Assembly (NCBI GenBank): GCA_025352865.1
Contig: JANXSB010000701.1
Span: forward strand, 1 to 38,993
Source of the DNA: Chthoniobacter sp.
GTDB lineage: Bacteria > Verrucomicrobiota > Verrucomicrobiia > Chthoniobacterales > Chthoniobacteraceae
DNA: 38,993 nt
Direction of reading: 5' to 3'
Positions 1 through 9,493 of the stretch are shown here, piece by piece. Each line of letters starts with the position of its first letter. The stretch's first letter is position 1. Under the pieces are notes generated by a model. The model had not been told where the DNA came from, made no database searches, and saw only the letters and a list, made by a program, of their open reading frames with translations. A program made the translations under genes and the position numbers.

Positions 1-74
1 GCTGCATGGCCCGCTCGCACCCGGCGTGCGCGAGCGGCTCGCGGGCATCGCCACGGAACTCGCGCGGCGGCAAA

Positions 75-204
75 GGTAGGGATGGCACTCCGTGCCGTCC
101 GGGGCAAGCGCAGCGAGGCGGCGGGTGGGATGTGCGCGGCAACTGTTGCACCCACCGCCTCGCTGACGCTCGCCCGGCGGACGGCACGGAGTGCCGTCCC
201 TACC
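75..204. repeat. GTAG-family REP doublet (REPIN-like long hairpin)
   Basis: 75-101 GGTAGGGATGGCACTCCGTGCCGTCCG is the reverse complement (26/27) of 178-204 CGGACGGCACGGAGTGCCGTCCCTACC. Each arm has a GTAG end plus an internal palindrome, and the spacer also pairs (CAGCGAGGCGG/CCGCCTCGCTG). Confidence 0.85.
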
Positions 205-207
205 GCG

Positions 208-939
208 CTACGCGCCCGCGGCGAGATAGCACTGCCACTCCGGCGGCAGCGGCGCGCGCTCCACGCCATCTGCGATGCGCCCCTCGAAAGCTGGCTCGAA
301 CGGCGTGCTCGTGCCATAGACCATGATCGTGTCGCGCCCGCCCTCCGAACGCAGCGCGTGCCCGACGCCCGCGGGAATGACAAGCCCCGCGTTATTCGGC
401 CCGCGCTGGTCGTCGCCTTCGATGATGAATCGCATCACCCGCCGCGGCATCCCGGCGCGCTCATCGACGAGCAGCATCTCGACATTGCCCTGCACGAAAA
501 ACATCGCGTCCCACTGCTCGCGGTCATACGGGCGCAGCGCGAAATTTTTCGGCTCCGCCGTGAAGAGCCGCTGGAACCAGGCCTCGGCGGTCGTGCCCTC
601 GGGGATGTGCGGCGGGTGAATGTGAAAGCCCTTCGCCGTGCCCGCGTACATCCGCGCCGTCGCCCACTGCCGCGGCCACAGCCCGATCGCCGCGAGCGCG
701 CCGTCGCCCATGCGCGCGAATTCGCCGAAGAAACCGCGATGCCGCTGCGCGAAAATCCTGCGCCCGAAAATCTCCACGCCAGGAATCCACGCCCCGTCGA
801 GTTCCCCGCGCTTGGCGATCAGCTCGCCCGCTTCCACGCCGCTCGTGGCGAGGCGCTCGGGCAGCGAACTGGCGGAGTAATCGCGCTGCGTGAGCTGCGC
901 GCGGGCGTCAGGTTTGAGAGCGTGCCAGAGTTCGGACAT
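208..939 (-). CDS. dTDP-4-dehydrorhamnose 3,5-epimerase (RmlC)-family cupin, divergent
   Basis: IPGVEIF..HRGFFGE, KGFHIH, FFVQG..LVDER, LVIPAGVGHA match the RmlC cupin pattern; polysaccharide-gene context. Confidence 0.75.
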   Translation of the reverse strand: MSELWHALKPDARAQLTQRDYSASSLPERLATSGVEAGELIAKRGELDGAWIPGVEIFGRRIFAQRHRGFFGEFARMGDGALAAIGLWPRQWATARMYAGTAKGFHIHPPHIPEGTTAEAWFQRLFTAEPKNFALRPYDREQWDAMFFVQGNVEMLLVDERAGMPRRVMRFIIEGDDQRGPNNAGLVIPAGVGHALRSEGGRDTIMVYGTSTPFEPAFEGRIADGVERAPLPPEWQCYLAAGA

Positions 940-1035
940 GCGGCGGAGACTAGGGAATGCAACCGTGCGCTGGCAGCATCAAAGTTTTGGGAGCGCGCCG
1001 CCGCATTGTTCGGGTAGAGCACTCGACCCGGAAAC

Positions 1036-2061
1036 TCACGCGCGCATCGTCGCGTACCAGCGCACCGTTTCCTCCAGCCCCGCATCCACGCTCACCAGTG
1101 GCTCGAAGCCGAGTTCGCGGCGGATTTTCGCGATGTCCGCGGAGCTGTGCTGAATGTCGCCTGCGCGCGGCGGCCCGTAATTCACGGCCTTCGCAGGTGT
1201 GCCGGTGACAGCAGCGACACGCGTCGAGATACCCTCATGCAAATCCGCAAGCGTGGTGCTGGCCCCACCGGCTACATTGAAAACCTCGCCGACCGCCGCG
1301 CGGTTGCGCGTGGTCGCAGCGAGCAGATTCGCCTGCACGACATTGGCGACGTGACAGAAGTCGCGCGTGATTCCGCCGTCGCCGTGAATCGCACACTCGC
1401 CGCCGCCGACGAGCGCGGTGATCCACTGCGGGATGACGGCGGCGTAACCGCCCGTGGGATTCTGCCGCGGGCCGAAGATGTTGAAGTAGCGCAGGCCCAC
1501 GCTTTCCAAGCCGTAGTGGTCGAAAAACTGGCGCGCGTAGATTTCGTCCATGAGCTTGGAAGCTCCGTAGGGACTGAGCGGGCGGCCGATGCGCGCCTCG
1601 ACCTTCGGCATCGCCGCGTCGTCGCCATAGACGGCGCTGCTGCTCGCATAGACCACGCGGCGCACGCGGTTGTCGCGCGCGGCGGCGAGGAGGTTGAGCG
1701 TGCCGGTGACGTTCGTCTCGTGGCAGCCGAGCGGGTCTTCGATGGAGAGTGGCACGGAGATAAAGCCAGCATGGTGCAGGATGTAATCGACGTGATCGCT
1801 CGCCTCGCGGCATGCGCCCATGTCGGCGACGGAGCCTTTGAGAAAAGTGAAGCGCGCCCATTGCTCCGCGCTGACCCGCGCCTGCACGTCGGCGAGATTT
1901 TGCGGCGAGCCGGTGGAGATATTGTCGAGCCCGGCCACGTGCTGATCGAGCAGCAGCAGGGCTTCGAGCAGATGCGAACCGATGAACCCGGCGACGCCGG
2001 TGATGAGCCAGGTGCGCGGCTCGGCGGCGAGTTCTTGCTGGAGGCAGGCGTAGGCGTTCAT
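1036..2061 (-). CDS. wbpP: UDP-GlcNAc(A) C4-epimerase, WbpP/TviC-like extended SDR
   Basis: WLITGVAGFIGSHL Rossmann motif, YASSSAVYG, SPYGASK (YxxxK), LRYFNIFGPRQNP..YAAVIP, RDFCHV, RAGDIQHS. Confidence 0.85.
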   Translation of the reverse strand: MNAYACLQQELAAEPRTWLITGVAGFIGSHLLEALLLLDQHVAGLDNISTGSPQNLADVQARVSAEQWARFTFLKGSVADMGACREASDHVDYILHHAGFISVPLSIEDPLGCHETNVTGTLNLLAAARDNRVRRVVYASSSAVYGDDAAMPKVEARIGRPLSPYGASKLMDEIYARQFFDHYGLESVGLRYFNIFGPRQNPTGGYAAVIPQWITALVGGGECAIHGDGGITRDFCHVANVVQANLLAATTRNRAAVGEVFNVAGGASTTLADLHEGISTRVAAVTGTPAKAVNYGPPRAGDIQHSSADIAKIRRELGFEPLVSVDAGLEETVRWYATMRA

Positions 2062-2075
2062 GCGGCTATTTAGGG

Positions 2076-2138
2076 GAGTCCACGAAAGACACGAAAGGCA
2101 TGAAAGGAGACAATCCTTTTCGTGCCTTTCGCGGACTC
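2076..2138. repeat. Intergenic hairpin built from 9-bp CACGAAAGR tandem units
   Basis: GAGTC-CACGAAAGA-CACGAAAGG-CATGAAAGG followed by the inverted TTTCGTGCCTTTCGCGGACTC. Confidence 0.7.
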
Positions 2139-3261
2139 ACTTCCCGGCGGCACGGAGCAGGACACTCTCGTACTGTCCGGCGATGACGCGCAGATCGAAG
2201 GCATGCACTTTCTCCCAACTCGCGCGTTTCATTTTGAAAAGAGTTTCGTCGCTTTGCAGGAGCCAATCGAATTTGTGCGAAAAGGCGTCGATGTCCTCGA
2301 CGGAAACGAGGTAGCCATTAACTCCGTTTTCGACCACATCGGCCATGCCAGGGATGTCGCTCGCAACGATGGCGAGACCATACTTTAGCGCCTCCACCGC
2401 AGCGACCGGCATGCCTTCAGACGTGGACGGCATGCACAGAATGTCGGCGGTGCGGAGGATGGCGTGAACTTCCGCTGCCGCCAGCCAGCCGGTGCAGTGG
2501 ACGCGATCAGCAAGTCCCAGCCGTCGGATGCTCCCGTGGACATCCGCCATGAGCAAGCCGTCACCGATGAGCGTCAGCCGCCAGTTGGAATGCTTCACTC
2601 GCGCGAGGACATAGATGAGAAAAACGGGGCGCTTTTGCGGATTGAGACGGCCCGTGAAGACGAGATGTCGCGTGTTTCGCATTTCCGGCGGCGGCATGTC
2701 GGCAAGGTCGATGCCATTCAGGATGCGCACGACCTTTCGCCCGTAGGCGCGCTCGGCGAGTTCTTGCACGAAAGAACTGACCGCGGTCGCGGCGGCGGCG
2801 CGGCTCCAGACCTGGCGGGCGATGGGGCTGATGATTTTGAAAAGCGTGGCGGTCTGCTCGGGCACGCCGCCGGGCACGTCGCCGAGGTGGGCGGTGAGGA
2901 CGTAGGGCACGCCGGTGAGGCGATGCACGGCCCACGCGAGCAGGCCGGTGGGCATGGCGAAATGCGCGTGGATCACGTCCGGTTTCCAGGTGCGGATGTG
3001 GCGGAGCGTGGGGAAAAAGCTGGTCGCGCAATACGCGGCCATCTCGTGGACACGGCAGGTGTCGGGCGCGCGGCGTCCGCTGGCGGTGCGGTGGATTTCC
3101 ACGCCACCGATGGTCTCGCGGATCGAGCGCCAGCCAAGCGCGGCGGTCTGCACGCGGACTTCGTGACCGCGCTTCACCATCTCGGTGGCGATGCTCTGCG
3201 CCACGCGTCCGCCGCCGCCGCCGAGCGGCGGGTATTCGTAGCAGAGAACGAGGATTCTCAC
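2137..3261 (-). CDS. Glycosyltransferase family 4
   Basis: RILVLCYEYPPLGGGGG N-terminus, PDVIHAHF, GRLNPQK, EGMPVAAVEA (EX7E). GTG start overlaps the asnB stop (GTGA); alternative ATG at 3273. The ORF-track extension to 3753 overlaps asnB and is rejected. Confidence 0.9.
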   Translation of the reverse strand: MRILVLCYEYPPLGGGGGRVAQSIATEMVKRGHEVRVQTAALGWRSIRETIGGVEIHRTASGRRAPDTCRVHEMAAYCATSFFPTLRHIRTWKPDVIHAHFAMPTGLLAWAVHRLTGVPYVLTAHLGDVPGGVPEQTATLFKIISPIARQVWSRAAAATAVSSFVQELAERAYGRKVVRILNGIDLADMPPPEMRNTRHLVFTGRLNPQKRPVFLIYVLARVKHSNWRLTLIGDGLLMADVHGSIRRLGLADRVHCTGWLAAAEVHAILRTADILCMPSTSEGMPVAAVEALKYGLAIVASDIPGMADVVENGVNGYLVSVEDIDAFSHKFDWLLQSDETLFKMKRASWEKVHAFDLRVIAGQYESVLLRAAGK

Positions 3262-5180
3262 TTTTTCATCCATTGGCTGAGCAGCCAGTAGCTCCAGAGG
3301 AAGAGGCGCTCGTCGCGCGCGCCGCTCATGTGCGCGGCGTGCTGGCGCTCGGCAAAGGCGACATCGAGATGCGGAAAAGTGCGCGCGTGATCGAACTCGA
3401 ATTTTCCCTCGCGGAGCCAGCGGCCGATGGGCATGCCGAAGCCTTTCTTTTTGCGGTCGATGATCTCGCGCGGGAGGAGCGGGGCGAGGGCGCGTTTCAA
3501 AATCCACTTCGTCTGGCCGCCGCGGAGCTTGAGCTGCCAAGGGATGCGTCGGGCGAGGTCGGCGACCTCGATGTCGAGGAAGGGCGAGCGCACTTCCAGC
3601 GAGCACATCATCGAGGCGCGGTCGGTTTTCGCGAGGATGCCGTCCTGCAAATAAAGGTTGGTGAAAAACTGGAGCGTGCGATCGACGAGATTTGGCTGCG
3701 CGCAGCGGTCCCAGGCCTCGATGGCTTCGCTGTAGATTTCCTCCTCGTCGCACGGTTCGCGGAAAAGCTGGGCAAGATCGCGGGGTTCGAGCGCGCCCAT
3801 CCAGACGGCGTTCCAGAGCTTTGGCGGATAGCTCAGCCCGGAGAGCGTGCGCTTGATTTTGAAATCGAAGCTCACGTTTTCATGCGACACCGGCAGGCGC
3901 GCGGCGATGAGGCGGATGGCGTGGTGCAATGGCCGCGGAACCAGCTTGGAATAAAGCTCGGCAGCCCGCAGGGCGCGGAAGGGATCGTAGCCGGCGAAGA
4001 GTTCGTCGCCGCCGTCGCCGCCGAGCGCGACGGTGACGTGCTGACGGGTGAAACGGGAAAGCAGATACGTGGGCAGGAGCGAGCCGTCGCCGAGCGGTTC
4101 GTCGAGTTTGGCGATGATCTCGGGGAGCAGCGCGGTGGATTTGTCGAGGTCGAGAATGTCTTCGCGGTGCCGCGTGCCGAGGCGCTCGGCGACGAAGCGG
4201 GCGTGCGCGCTTTCGTCGAAGCTCGGTTCGTTGAAGCCGATGGAAAACGTGTTGAGCTGGCCGCTGGGGACGTGTTTCGCGGCGAGCGCGGCGATGGCGG
4301 AGCTGTCGATGCCGCCGCTGAGGAAGACGCCGAGCGGCACATCGGACATGAGCCGGCGCTGGACGGCGCGTTCGAGCGTGGCGCGGATTTCTTCGGCAAG
4401 ATCATCAACGAAGTCCTCACGGGTCCACGTTCGGTTACCGCTCCACTTCCAATCATTCCCGAAGGCCTGTGCTTCATCTGTGGAATGCACTTTGTGCTCG
4501 GTCTCCAAAACAAACTCCCACCACCGCCACTTCTTCAGCGCGCGGCTCGCGAGATCGAAGGTGAAGCTGTGTCCGCCGGGCAGTTTCCACACGCGCTCGT
4601 AGATCGAGCGCGGCGCTGGGATGGAGCAGTAGGCGAAGTATTTTTTAAGCGAGAGCGGATCGAGGTTGCGCGGGCAGGCCGGGTGCTGGAGCAGCGCGGG
4701 GAGTTCGCTGGCGAAGGCGAAGGTTTCGCCTTCGTGAAACCAGTAGAGCGGCTTTTTTCCAAAGCGGTCGCGCGAGCCGAAAAGGCGCTGCCGCGCGCGG
4801 TCGTAGATGACGAAGGCCCACATGCCATTCAGCCGTTCGGTGAAACTTTCGCCCCACTCGCGGTAGCCGTGGAGCAGAACTTCGGTGTCGCTGTGGTCGG
4901 TGATGAATTCGCTGCCGCGCGCTTTCAGCTCCGCGCGGAGTTCGGCGTGGTTGTAGATTTCGCCGTTGAAGGTCACGCCGAGCTGGCCGTCACCCGTCCA
5001 CATGGGCTGCGCGCCGCCGCTGAGATCGACGATCGAGAGGCGGCGATGCCCGAGGAAAACGCCCGCGCTTTCCTCCGCCCAATGCCCCTCCGCATCCGGC
5101 CCGCGATGCGCGATGGCGGCGGTCATCCGGCGCAGGACGCCGGGGTCACCGAGCCCCGCGAAGCCCGCTATGCCGCACAT
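3258..5180 (-). CDS. asnB: Asparagine synthase (glutamine-hydrolysing)-family amidotransferase, probably polysaccharide amidation
   Basis: MCGIAG (Ntn Cys), HRGPD, LGHRRLSIVD, FNGEIYNH, RDRFGKKPLY, FLSGGIDSS, GDGGDELFAGY, KTDRASM, KKGF. Confidence 0.95.
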   Translation of the reverse strand: MCGIAGFAGLGDPGVLRRMTAAIAHRGPDAEGHWAEESAGVFLGHRRLSIVDLSGGAQPMWTGDGQLGVTFNGEIYNHAELRAELKARGSEFITDHSDTEVLLHGYREWGESFTERLNGMWAFVIYDRARQRLFGSRDRFGKKPLYWFHEGETFAFASELPALLQHPACPRNLDPLSLKKYFAYCSIPAPRSIYERVWKLPGGHSFTFDLASRALKKWRWWEFVLETEHKVHSTDEAQAFGNDWKWSGNRTWTREDFVDDLAEEIRATLERAVQRRLMSDVPLGVFLSGGIDSSAIAALAAKHVPSGQLNTFSIGFNEPSFDESAHARFVAERLGTRHREDILDLDKSTALLPEIIAKLDEPLGDGSLLPTYLLSRFTRQHVTVALGGDGGDELFAGYDPFRALRAAELYSKLVPRPLHHAIRLIAARLPVSHENVSFDFKIKRTLSGLSYPPKLWNAVWMGALEPRDLAQLFREPCDEEEIYSEAIEAWDRCAQPNLVDRTLQFFTNLYLQDGILAKTDRASMMCSLEVRSPFLDIEVADLARRIPWQLKLRGGQTKWILKRALAPLLPREIIDRKKKGFGMPIGRWLREGKFEFDHARTFPHLDVAFAERQHAAHMSGARDERLFLWSYWLLSQWMKK

Positions 5181-5199
5181 CGGCGTTGGGCGCTGATCT

Positions 5200-6147
5200 T
5201 CACTTTGCGTCGATGTTCCGCGTGGCCCGCACGAGGTACACGCTCTTCCCCTGGCTCTCGTAAAACGTGCGCATGATCATTTCCGCGAGGAGTCCCATGA
5301 GGATGCACATGACGCCGGTGATCGCGGTCATGACGAAGAGCAGCGGGAGCGGGGTTTCGATGAAGGCTTTGCGGCCGAAAAATTTCAAATACAGCGCCGA
5401 GAATCCGGCGAGAAAGCTGACGAGCAGCGAGAGCGCGCCGACGCCGCCGAAGACGTACATCGGCTTCTCCGCATAGCTGTCGAGGAACTTCACGACCACG
5501 AGGTCGCAGAGCACTTTCGCCACGCGCTCGAGGCCGTATTTCGATTTGCCGCTCGCGCGGGCAAAATGGTTGACGGTGACTTCGGTGATCTTCGCGCCGT
5601 GCCAGCCGGCGTAGATCGGGAGAAAGCGGTGCATCTCGCCGTAGAGCCGCACGCCTTTGATGACCTCGCTGCGATAGGCTTTGAGCGAACAGCCGAAGTC
5701 GTGGAGCTGCACGCCGGAGACGGCGGAAATGAGCTTGTTTGCGAGGATGCTGGGGAAGTTGCGCTGGAGGGCGTCGTCCTGACGGTCCTTGCGCCAGCCG
5801 GAGCAGACGTCGAAACCCTCGTCGAGTTTCGCGAGGAGTTTCGGAATGTCGGCGGGGTCGTTTTGCAAGTCGCCGTCGAGCGGGATGATGACCTCGCCTC
5901 CGGCGAAATCGAAGCCGGCCATCATCGCGGCGGTCTGGCCGTAGTTGCGGCGGAAGTGGACGACTTTCACTGCGGGATTCTCGGCGGCGATGGCGTCGAG
6001 CGCGGCCTCGCTGCCGTCGTTGCTGCCGTCATTGACAAAGATCAGCTCCCACGGGCGGCCGAGCGCCACCATGACCTCGCGGATGCGCGCGTGGAGCGTG
6101 GGGAGGGACTCCGCTTCGTTATAGACTGGGACGGTGATCGAGATCAT
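5200..6147 (-). CDS. GT2 polyprenol-phosphate glycosyltransferase (ArnC/GtrB-like)
   Basis: SITVPVYNE, FVNDGSND, RNYGQTAA, DGDLQNDP, DFGCSLKAY, EMHRFLP, two C-terminal TM helices. Confidence 0.9.
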   Translation of the reverse strand: MISITVPVYNEAESLPTLHARIREVMVALGRPWELIFVNDGSNDGSEAALDAIAAENPAVKVVHFRRNYGQTAAMMAGFDFAGGEVIIPLDGDLQNDPADIPKLLAKLDEGFDVCSGWRKDRQDDALQRNFPSILANKLISAVSGVQLHDFGCSLKAYRSEVIKGVRLYGEMHRFLPIYAGWHGAKITEVTVNHFARASGKSKYGLERVAKVLCDLVVVKFLDSYAEKPMYVFGGVGALSLLVSFLAGFSALYLKFFGRKAFIETPLPLLFVMTAITGVMCILMGLLAEMIMRTFYESQGKSVYLVRATRNIDAK

Positions 6148-6254
6148 CAGTGGCGCGGAAAAAGTGGGATACTAAATGACTGCGCGTGCGGTTGAACAAA
6201 AGGGGAAACTGTCGGCTGCGGGAAACACTCGCTGGAGTGAGAGGCGGTGCCCGC

Positions 6255-7421
6255 TCAAGGGAGGGGACGGAAGACTCGCGCGTTTCCGGGATGCGCGGCG
6301 AGCACGGCCTTCAGTTCGGAAGCGTCCGCGAACTCGGCCAACTGGCTGCCTGCTTCGAGCATGGCAATGACGATTCGCAGGTAAGCCTTGTCGGAGCCGT
6401 GGTGTCCATCGACAGCTTCGGTGTCGTCGGCCCCGAGCGTGGCGAGGTCGGAGAAATCGTAGAACTCGCCGCCGCGGCTTTCGAGCAGCGGACGAAGCGC
6501 TCCGGCGAGCTGGAGCAGGTAGCCGTAATCATTTTCCCTCGCCATCATTTTCGCCCAAACCGCGTGCGCGAACGGGGGCAGAAAGCCGATCACGTGAATG
6601 CCCCGCGTGTGGCATTCATCGAGGAGCAATCCGAGTTCGCGCAGGGCGGCTGGAGAGACGGTATCGCCGTGGACATAATGGCTGTCCCCGGCGTCGATGT
6701 GCGCAAAGCTAACCTGGAAATCCGCATCCCACGGGTGCGGATTGGATGGGTCGTCCGGCCGGTAAAGAAAACTGCCGTCGGCCCGGAAGCCCTCGCCTTG
6801 GATCGCCGCCCCGAGGCCGATGCGGTCGCGCAATCCGCGCCATTGAAGCAGACGGCCGAACTTCATTTTGCCGTCGGCAAGATCGCCGTACACGAGACGC
6901 CAGTTCGCGGTGAAAACAGCCGAGGGATCCCATTGATTCTGAAATTGGCTCCGCAGCCAGCCCGCGCCGCTTTCCCCCCTTTCATCCATCGTGTCGAAAG
7001 CGGGGTTGAAAAAAGGCTGGTGCAGACCGGCGATGAGAATTTTCGGCGAAGCCTCGGGCGGCAGAGCTTCGATGAACGCGCGAAAATGCCTGAGCTTCAC
7101 GATGCCGCCGCCACCGTTGAAGAACCCGGCGTCGGGCCGGAAAAACTCGGCCCCAAACTCCATGACGCGCGAGTTGCCGAGGGCGAGGATGCGGGGCTTG
7201 CGGCGCAGCACGGCGTGGTACTTCGAGTAGATGCTCCGGTTCGTGTAGGCGGGGCCGGAAAGCACCTGCGAGCCGGGCAGGGATTGCCGGCGGATCACTT
7301 CGTCGGGACTGATGAATTCGCCGCCCAGCCACAGGATCAGCAGCGGCATCCCGAAGACGAGCAGCAGCGGCAGCAGAAAGAGGACGCTGCGCCAGACGGG
7401 AGATTTCAGACGGATGCTCAA
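6255..7421 (-). CDS. Membrane-anchored SGNH/DltD-like acyl-transfer partner of the MBOAT
   Basis: N-terminal TM helix, LALGNSRV (block I Ser), DGHH (DxxH) near the C-terminus; TTG start overlaps the MBOAT stop. Confidence 0.65.
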   Translation of the reverse strand: MSIRLKSPVWRSVLFLLPLLLVFGMPLLILWLGGEFISPDEVIRRQSLPGSQVLSGPAYTNRSIYSKYHAVLRRKPRILALGNSRVMEFGAEFFRPDAGFFNGGGGIVKLRHFRAFIEALPPEASPKILIAGLHQPFFNPAFDTMDERGESGAGWLRSQFQNQWDPSAVFTANWRLVYGDLADGKMKFGRLLQWRGLRDRIGLGAAIQGEGFRADGSFLYRPDDPSNPHPWDADFQVSFAHIDAGDSHYVHGDTVSPAALRELGLLLDECHTRGIHVIGFLPPFAHAVWAKMMARENDYGYLLQLAGALRPLLESRGGEFYDFSDLATLGADDTEAVDGHHGSDKAYLRIVIAMLEAGSQLAEFADASELKAVLAAHPGNARVFRPLP

Positions 7422-8836
7422 AACTGAAAGTAGATGAAATCCTTTTGCCCCTGCTGCGCGTACAAGACGATGGCAAAGATGAGCGAGTAATACGCGGGCC
7501 AGCGGATCCAGAGCGGCCGGCGTTCGAGGAAAGCGACGGCTCCGCCGCGGAGTTGGAGCAGTTGCACCGCTTCGAGAGCGAGAATGGCGGCCGCCGAAAT
7601 CATCAAGTCAGGCACTCCGAAATGCTGCGTGAGGATCGGAGATTTCCACGGAAGCAGGGCCATTTTTTTAAGAATCAGGAGCGCATCCGGCAACGACCCG
7701 GCGCGGAAGAAAACCCAGGCCAGGGCCACGAGATGAAAGGTGAGCACCCGCTGCCCGGCCGCACCGATCCAAGCCAGCCACGGCGGCGGACGGAGGTTCC
7801 AGCGCAGCTTTGCCAGCAGGCTGCTGATGAGGAAAAAGACGGCGTGGAGCAGACCCCAGATCGCGAATTTCCAATCCGCGCCATGCCACAGGCCGCTGAT
7901 CAGAAACACCACGAGAATATTGCAGGCCCAGCGGCCGCCGGTGCCGCGGTTGCCACCCAGCGGGATGTAGAGGTAATCGCGGAACCAGGTGGAAAGCGAA
8001 ATGTGCCAGCGACTCCAGAATTCCGGGATCGTCCGCGCGAAATATGGCTGACGGAAATTCTCCATCAATTCGATGCCGAGGATCCGCGCGCACCCGCGCG
8101 CAATGTCGGTGTAGGCGGAAAAGTCGCAGAAGATCTGGAAGGTAAATGCGTAGGTCGCCGCGAGCAGTTGCAGGCCGGTGTGGTCGCCCGGTGCGCCGTA
8201 GGCGTCCTTGACGATCACCGCGAGCCGGTCGGCGATGACGAGCTTTTTGAAAAAGCCCCAGAGCATGAGCCGCAGTCCGCTGACGAAGCGCCCGTAGTCA
8301 AAGCGGTGCTCGCGCTTCAGTTGCGGCACCACATTTCCCGGCCGCTCGATCGGCCCCGCCACGAGCTGGGGAAAGAAGGCCTTATACGCGGCGAAGACAT
8401 CGAACCGGCGTTCCGCGGGAAAGCGGCCGCGATAGACGTCGAAGCAATAGCTCAGCGCCTGAAATGTGAAGAACGAGATCCCCACGGGCAGCGCGAGATG
8501 CAGCAGCGGCAGGTGGGTGTGCAGCGCCGCATTGAGGCTCGCGATGAAGAAATCGGCGTATTTGAAAAAAAAGAGCAGCCCCAGATTGACCGCCATGCAA
8601 AGGCCGAGAGTGGTGCGGCGCGCCGCCCGCGCGGGCCAGCGCTCCATGGCGAGACCGCCGAGATAGCTCACTGCGGTCGAGGTAAAAAGCAGCCAGCCAT
8701 ACCCGGCATGGCCGGACATGTAGAAGTAGTAACTCGCCACCGCCAGCAAGAGTGGCCGGAACCGCTGCGGGAGGAGAAAATACGCCGGCACGACGATCAC
8801 CATGAACCCGGCGAAGGCGAACGAATTGAAAAGCAT
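7418..8836 (-). CDS. MBOAT family O-acyltransferase (AlgI/PatA/DltB-like)
   Basis: MLFNS, LPVGISFFTFQ, FFPQLVAGPIER, FWSRWHISLSTWFRDYLYIPLGG, SGLWHGA (catalytic His), C-terminal FIYFQF. Confidence 0.95.
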   Translation of the reverse strand: MLFNSFAFAGFMVIVVPAYFLLPQRFRPLLLAVASYYFYMSGHAGYGWLLFTSTAVSYLGGLAMERWPARAARRTTLGLCMAVNLGLLFFFKYADFFIASLNAALHTHLPLLHLALPVGISFFTFQALSYCFDVYRGRFPAERRFDVFAAYKAFFPQLVAGPIERPGNVVPQLKREHRFDYGRFVSGLRLMLWGFFKKLVIADRLAVIVKDAYGAPGDHTGLQLLAATYAFTFQIFCDFSAYTDIARGCARILGIELMENFRQPYFARTIPEFWSRWHISLSTWFRDYLYIPLGGNRGTGGRWACNILVVFLISGLWHGADWKFAIWGLLHAVFFLISSLLAKLRWNLRPPPWLAWIGAAGQRVLTFHLVALAWVFFRAGSLPDALLILKKMALLPWKSPILTQHFGVPDLMISAAAILALEAVQLLQLRGGAVAFLERRPLWIRWPAYYSLIFAIVLYAQQGQKDFIYFQF

Positions 8837-8911
8837 TCAAATCAGGCTGGGCGATCGAAACGGCAAAACAATCATATTCCCGGAGGCCCGCTGAAACTAT
8901 TTTGTCCATCC

Positions 8912-8935
8912 TGTTCATTTTTATTTGAACATAAT
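8912..8935 (+). promoter_or_regulatory. Palindromic candidate operator TGTTCA-N8-TGAACA overlapping a -10-like CATAAT
   Basis: TGTTCA 8912-8917 and TGAACA 8926-8931 lie in the AT-rich divergent intergenic region just upstream of the GbsR-type gene; CATAAT at 8930-8935. Confidence 0.55.
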
Positions 8936-8961
8936 GCGCGGAGCGGGTAGAAAGTCCGCCG

Positions 8962-9492
8962 ATGCCGGCCAAAATCTCCACACTCGCGACGCGCAAGGCG
9001 GCGGCCCGCCGGCCGTCCGGCGGCCTGTCGCCGCTGGAGGTCGAGGCCATTGATCTGTTCATCAGCCTGGTGCGCCTGCTCGGCATGCCCAAGTCGGTCG
9101 GCGAAATCTACGGGCTGCTCTTTGCCTCGCCCGAGCCACTGGCGCTGGATGCGCTGATGCGGCGTCTCCACATGAGCAAAGGCGCGGCAAGCCAGGGGTT
9201 GAAGGTGCTGCGTTCCTTTGGCGCGGTGCGCGCCGTGTATGTCGCCGGTGACCGGCGGGATCACTACGTCGCGGATTTCGAGCTGAGCAAATTCGCGAGC
9301 ACTTTCATCAAGGAGGAACTCCAGCCGCATCTCGACAGCGGTGCGGCCCGCCTCGAACGCATGGCGCACCACCTCGCGAAGCTGCCCAAGGCGGAGCGCG
9401 AAGCCGCGCGCGCGCGGATGGCCAAGCTCCAGCACTGGAAAGAAAAAGGGCAGGCGATGTTGCCGTGGCTTTTGAAGTTCCTCGTCGCATAA
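8962..9492 (+). CDS. GbsR/MarR-family transcriptional regulator
   Basis: LGMPKSVGEIYGLLFASPEPLALDALMRRLHMSKGAASQGLKVL winged HTH; GDRRDHY wing. Confidence 0.9.
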   Translation: MPAKISTLATRKAAARRPSGGLSPLEVEAIDLFISLVRLLGMPKSVGEIYGLLFASPEPLALDALMRRLHMSKGAASQGLKVLRSFGAVRAVYVAGDRRDHYVADFELSKFASTFIKEELQPHLDSGAARLERMAHHLAKLPKAEREAARARMAKLQHWKEKGQAMLPWLLKFLVA

Positions 9493-9493
9493 G

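Noticed and set aside
3273-5276. 667-aa plus-strand ORF (and similar long antisense ORFs at 7445-8950, 14935-16275, 16730-18454, 24194-25507, 27571-28827)
   Set aside because: Antisense shadows of well-supported genes; expected in GC-rich DNA; no recognisable motifs
6148-6254. Internal minus-strand promoter (TAGTAT -10-like) before the GT2 gene
   Set aside because: No convincing -35 at correct spacing; too weak to call
8941-8954. ops-like GCGGGTAG upstream of the GbsR-type gene
   Set aside because: Poorer match to GGCGGTAGnnTG than the 10164 site; not distinguishable from chance
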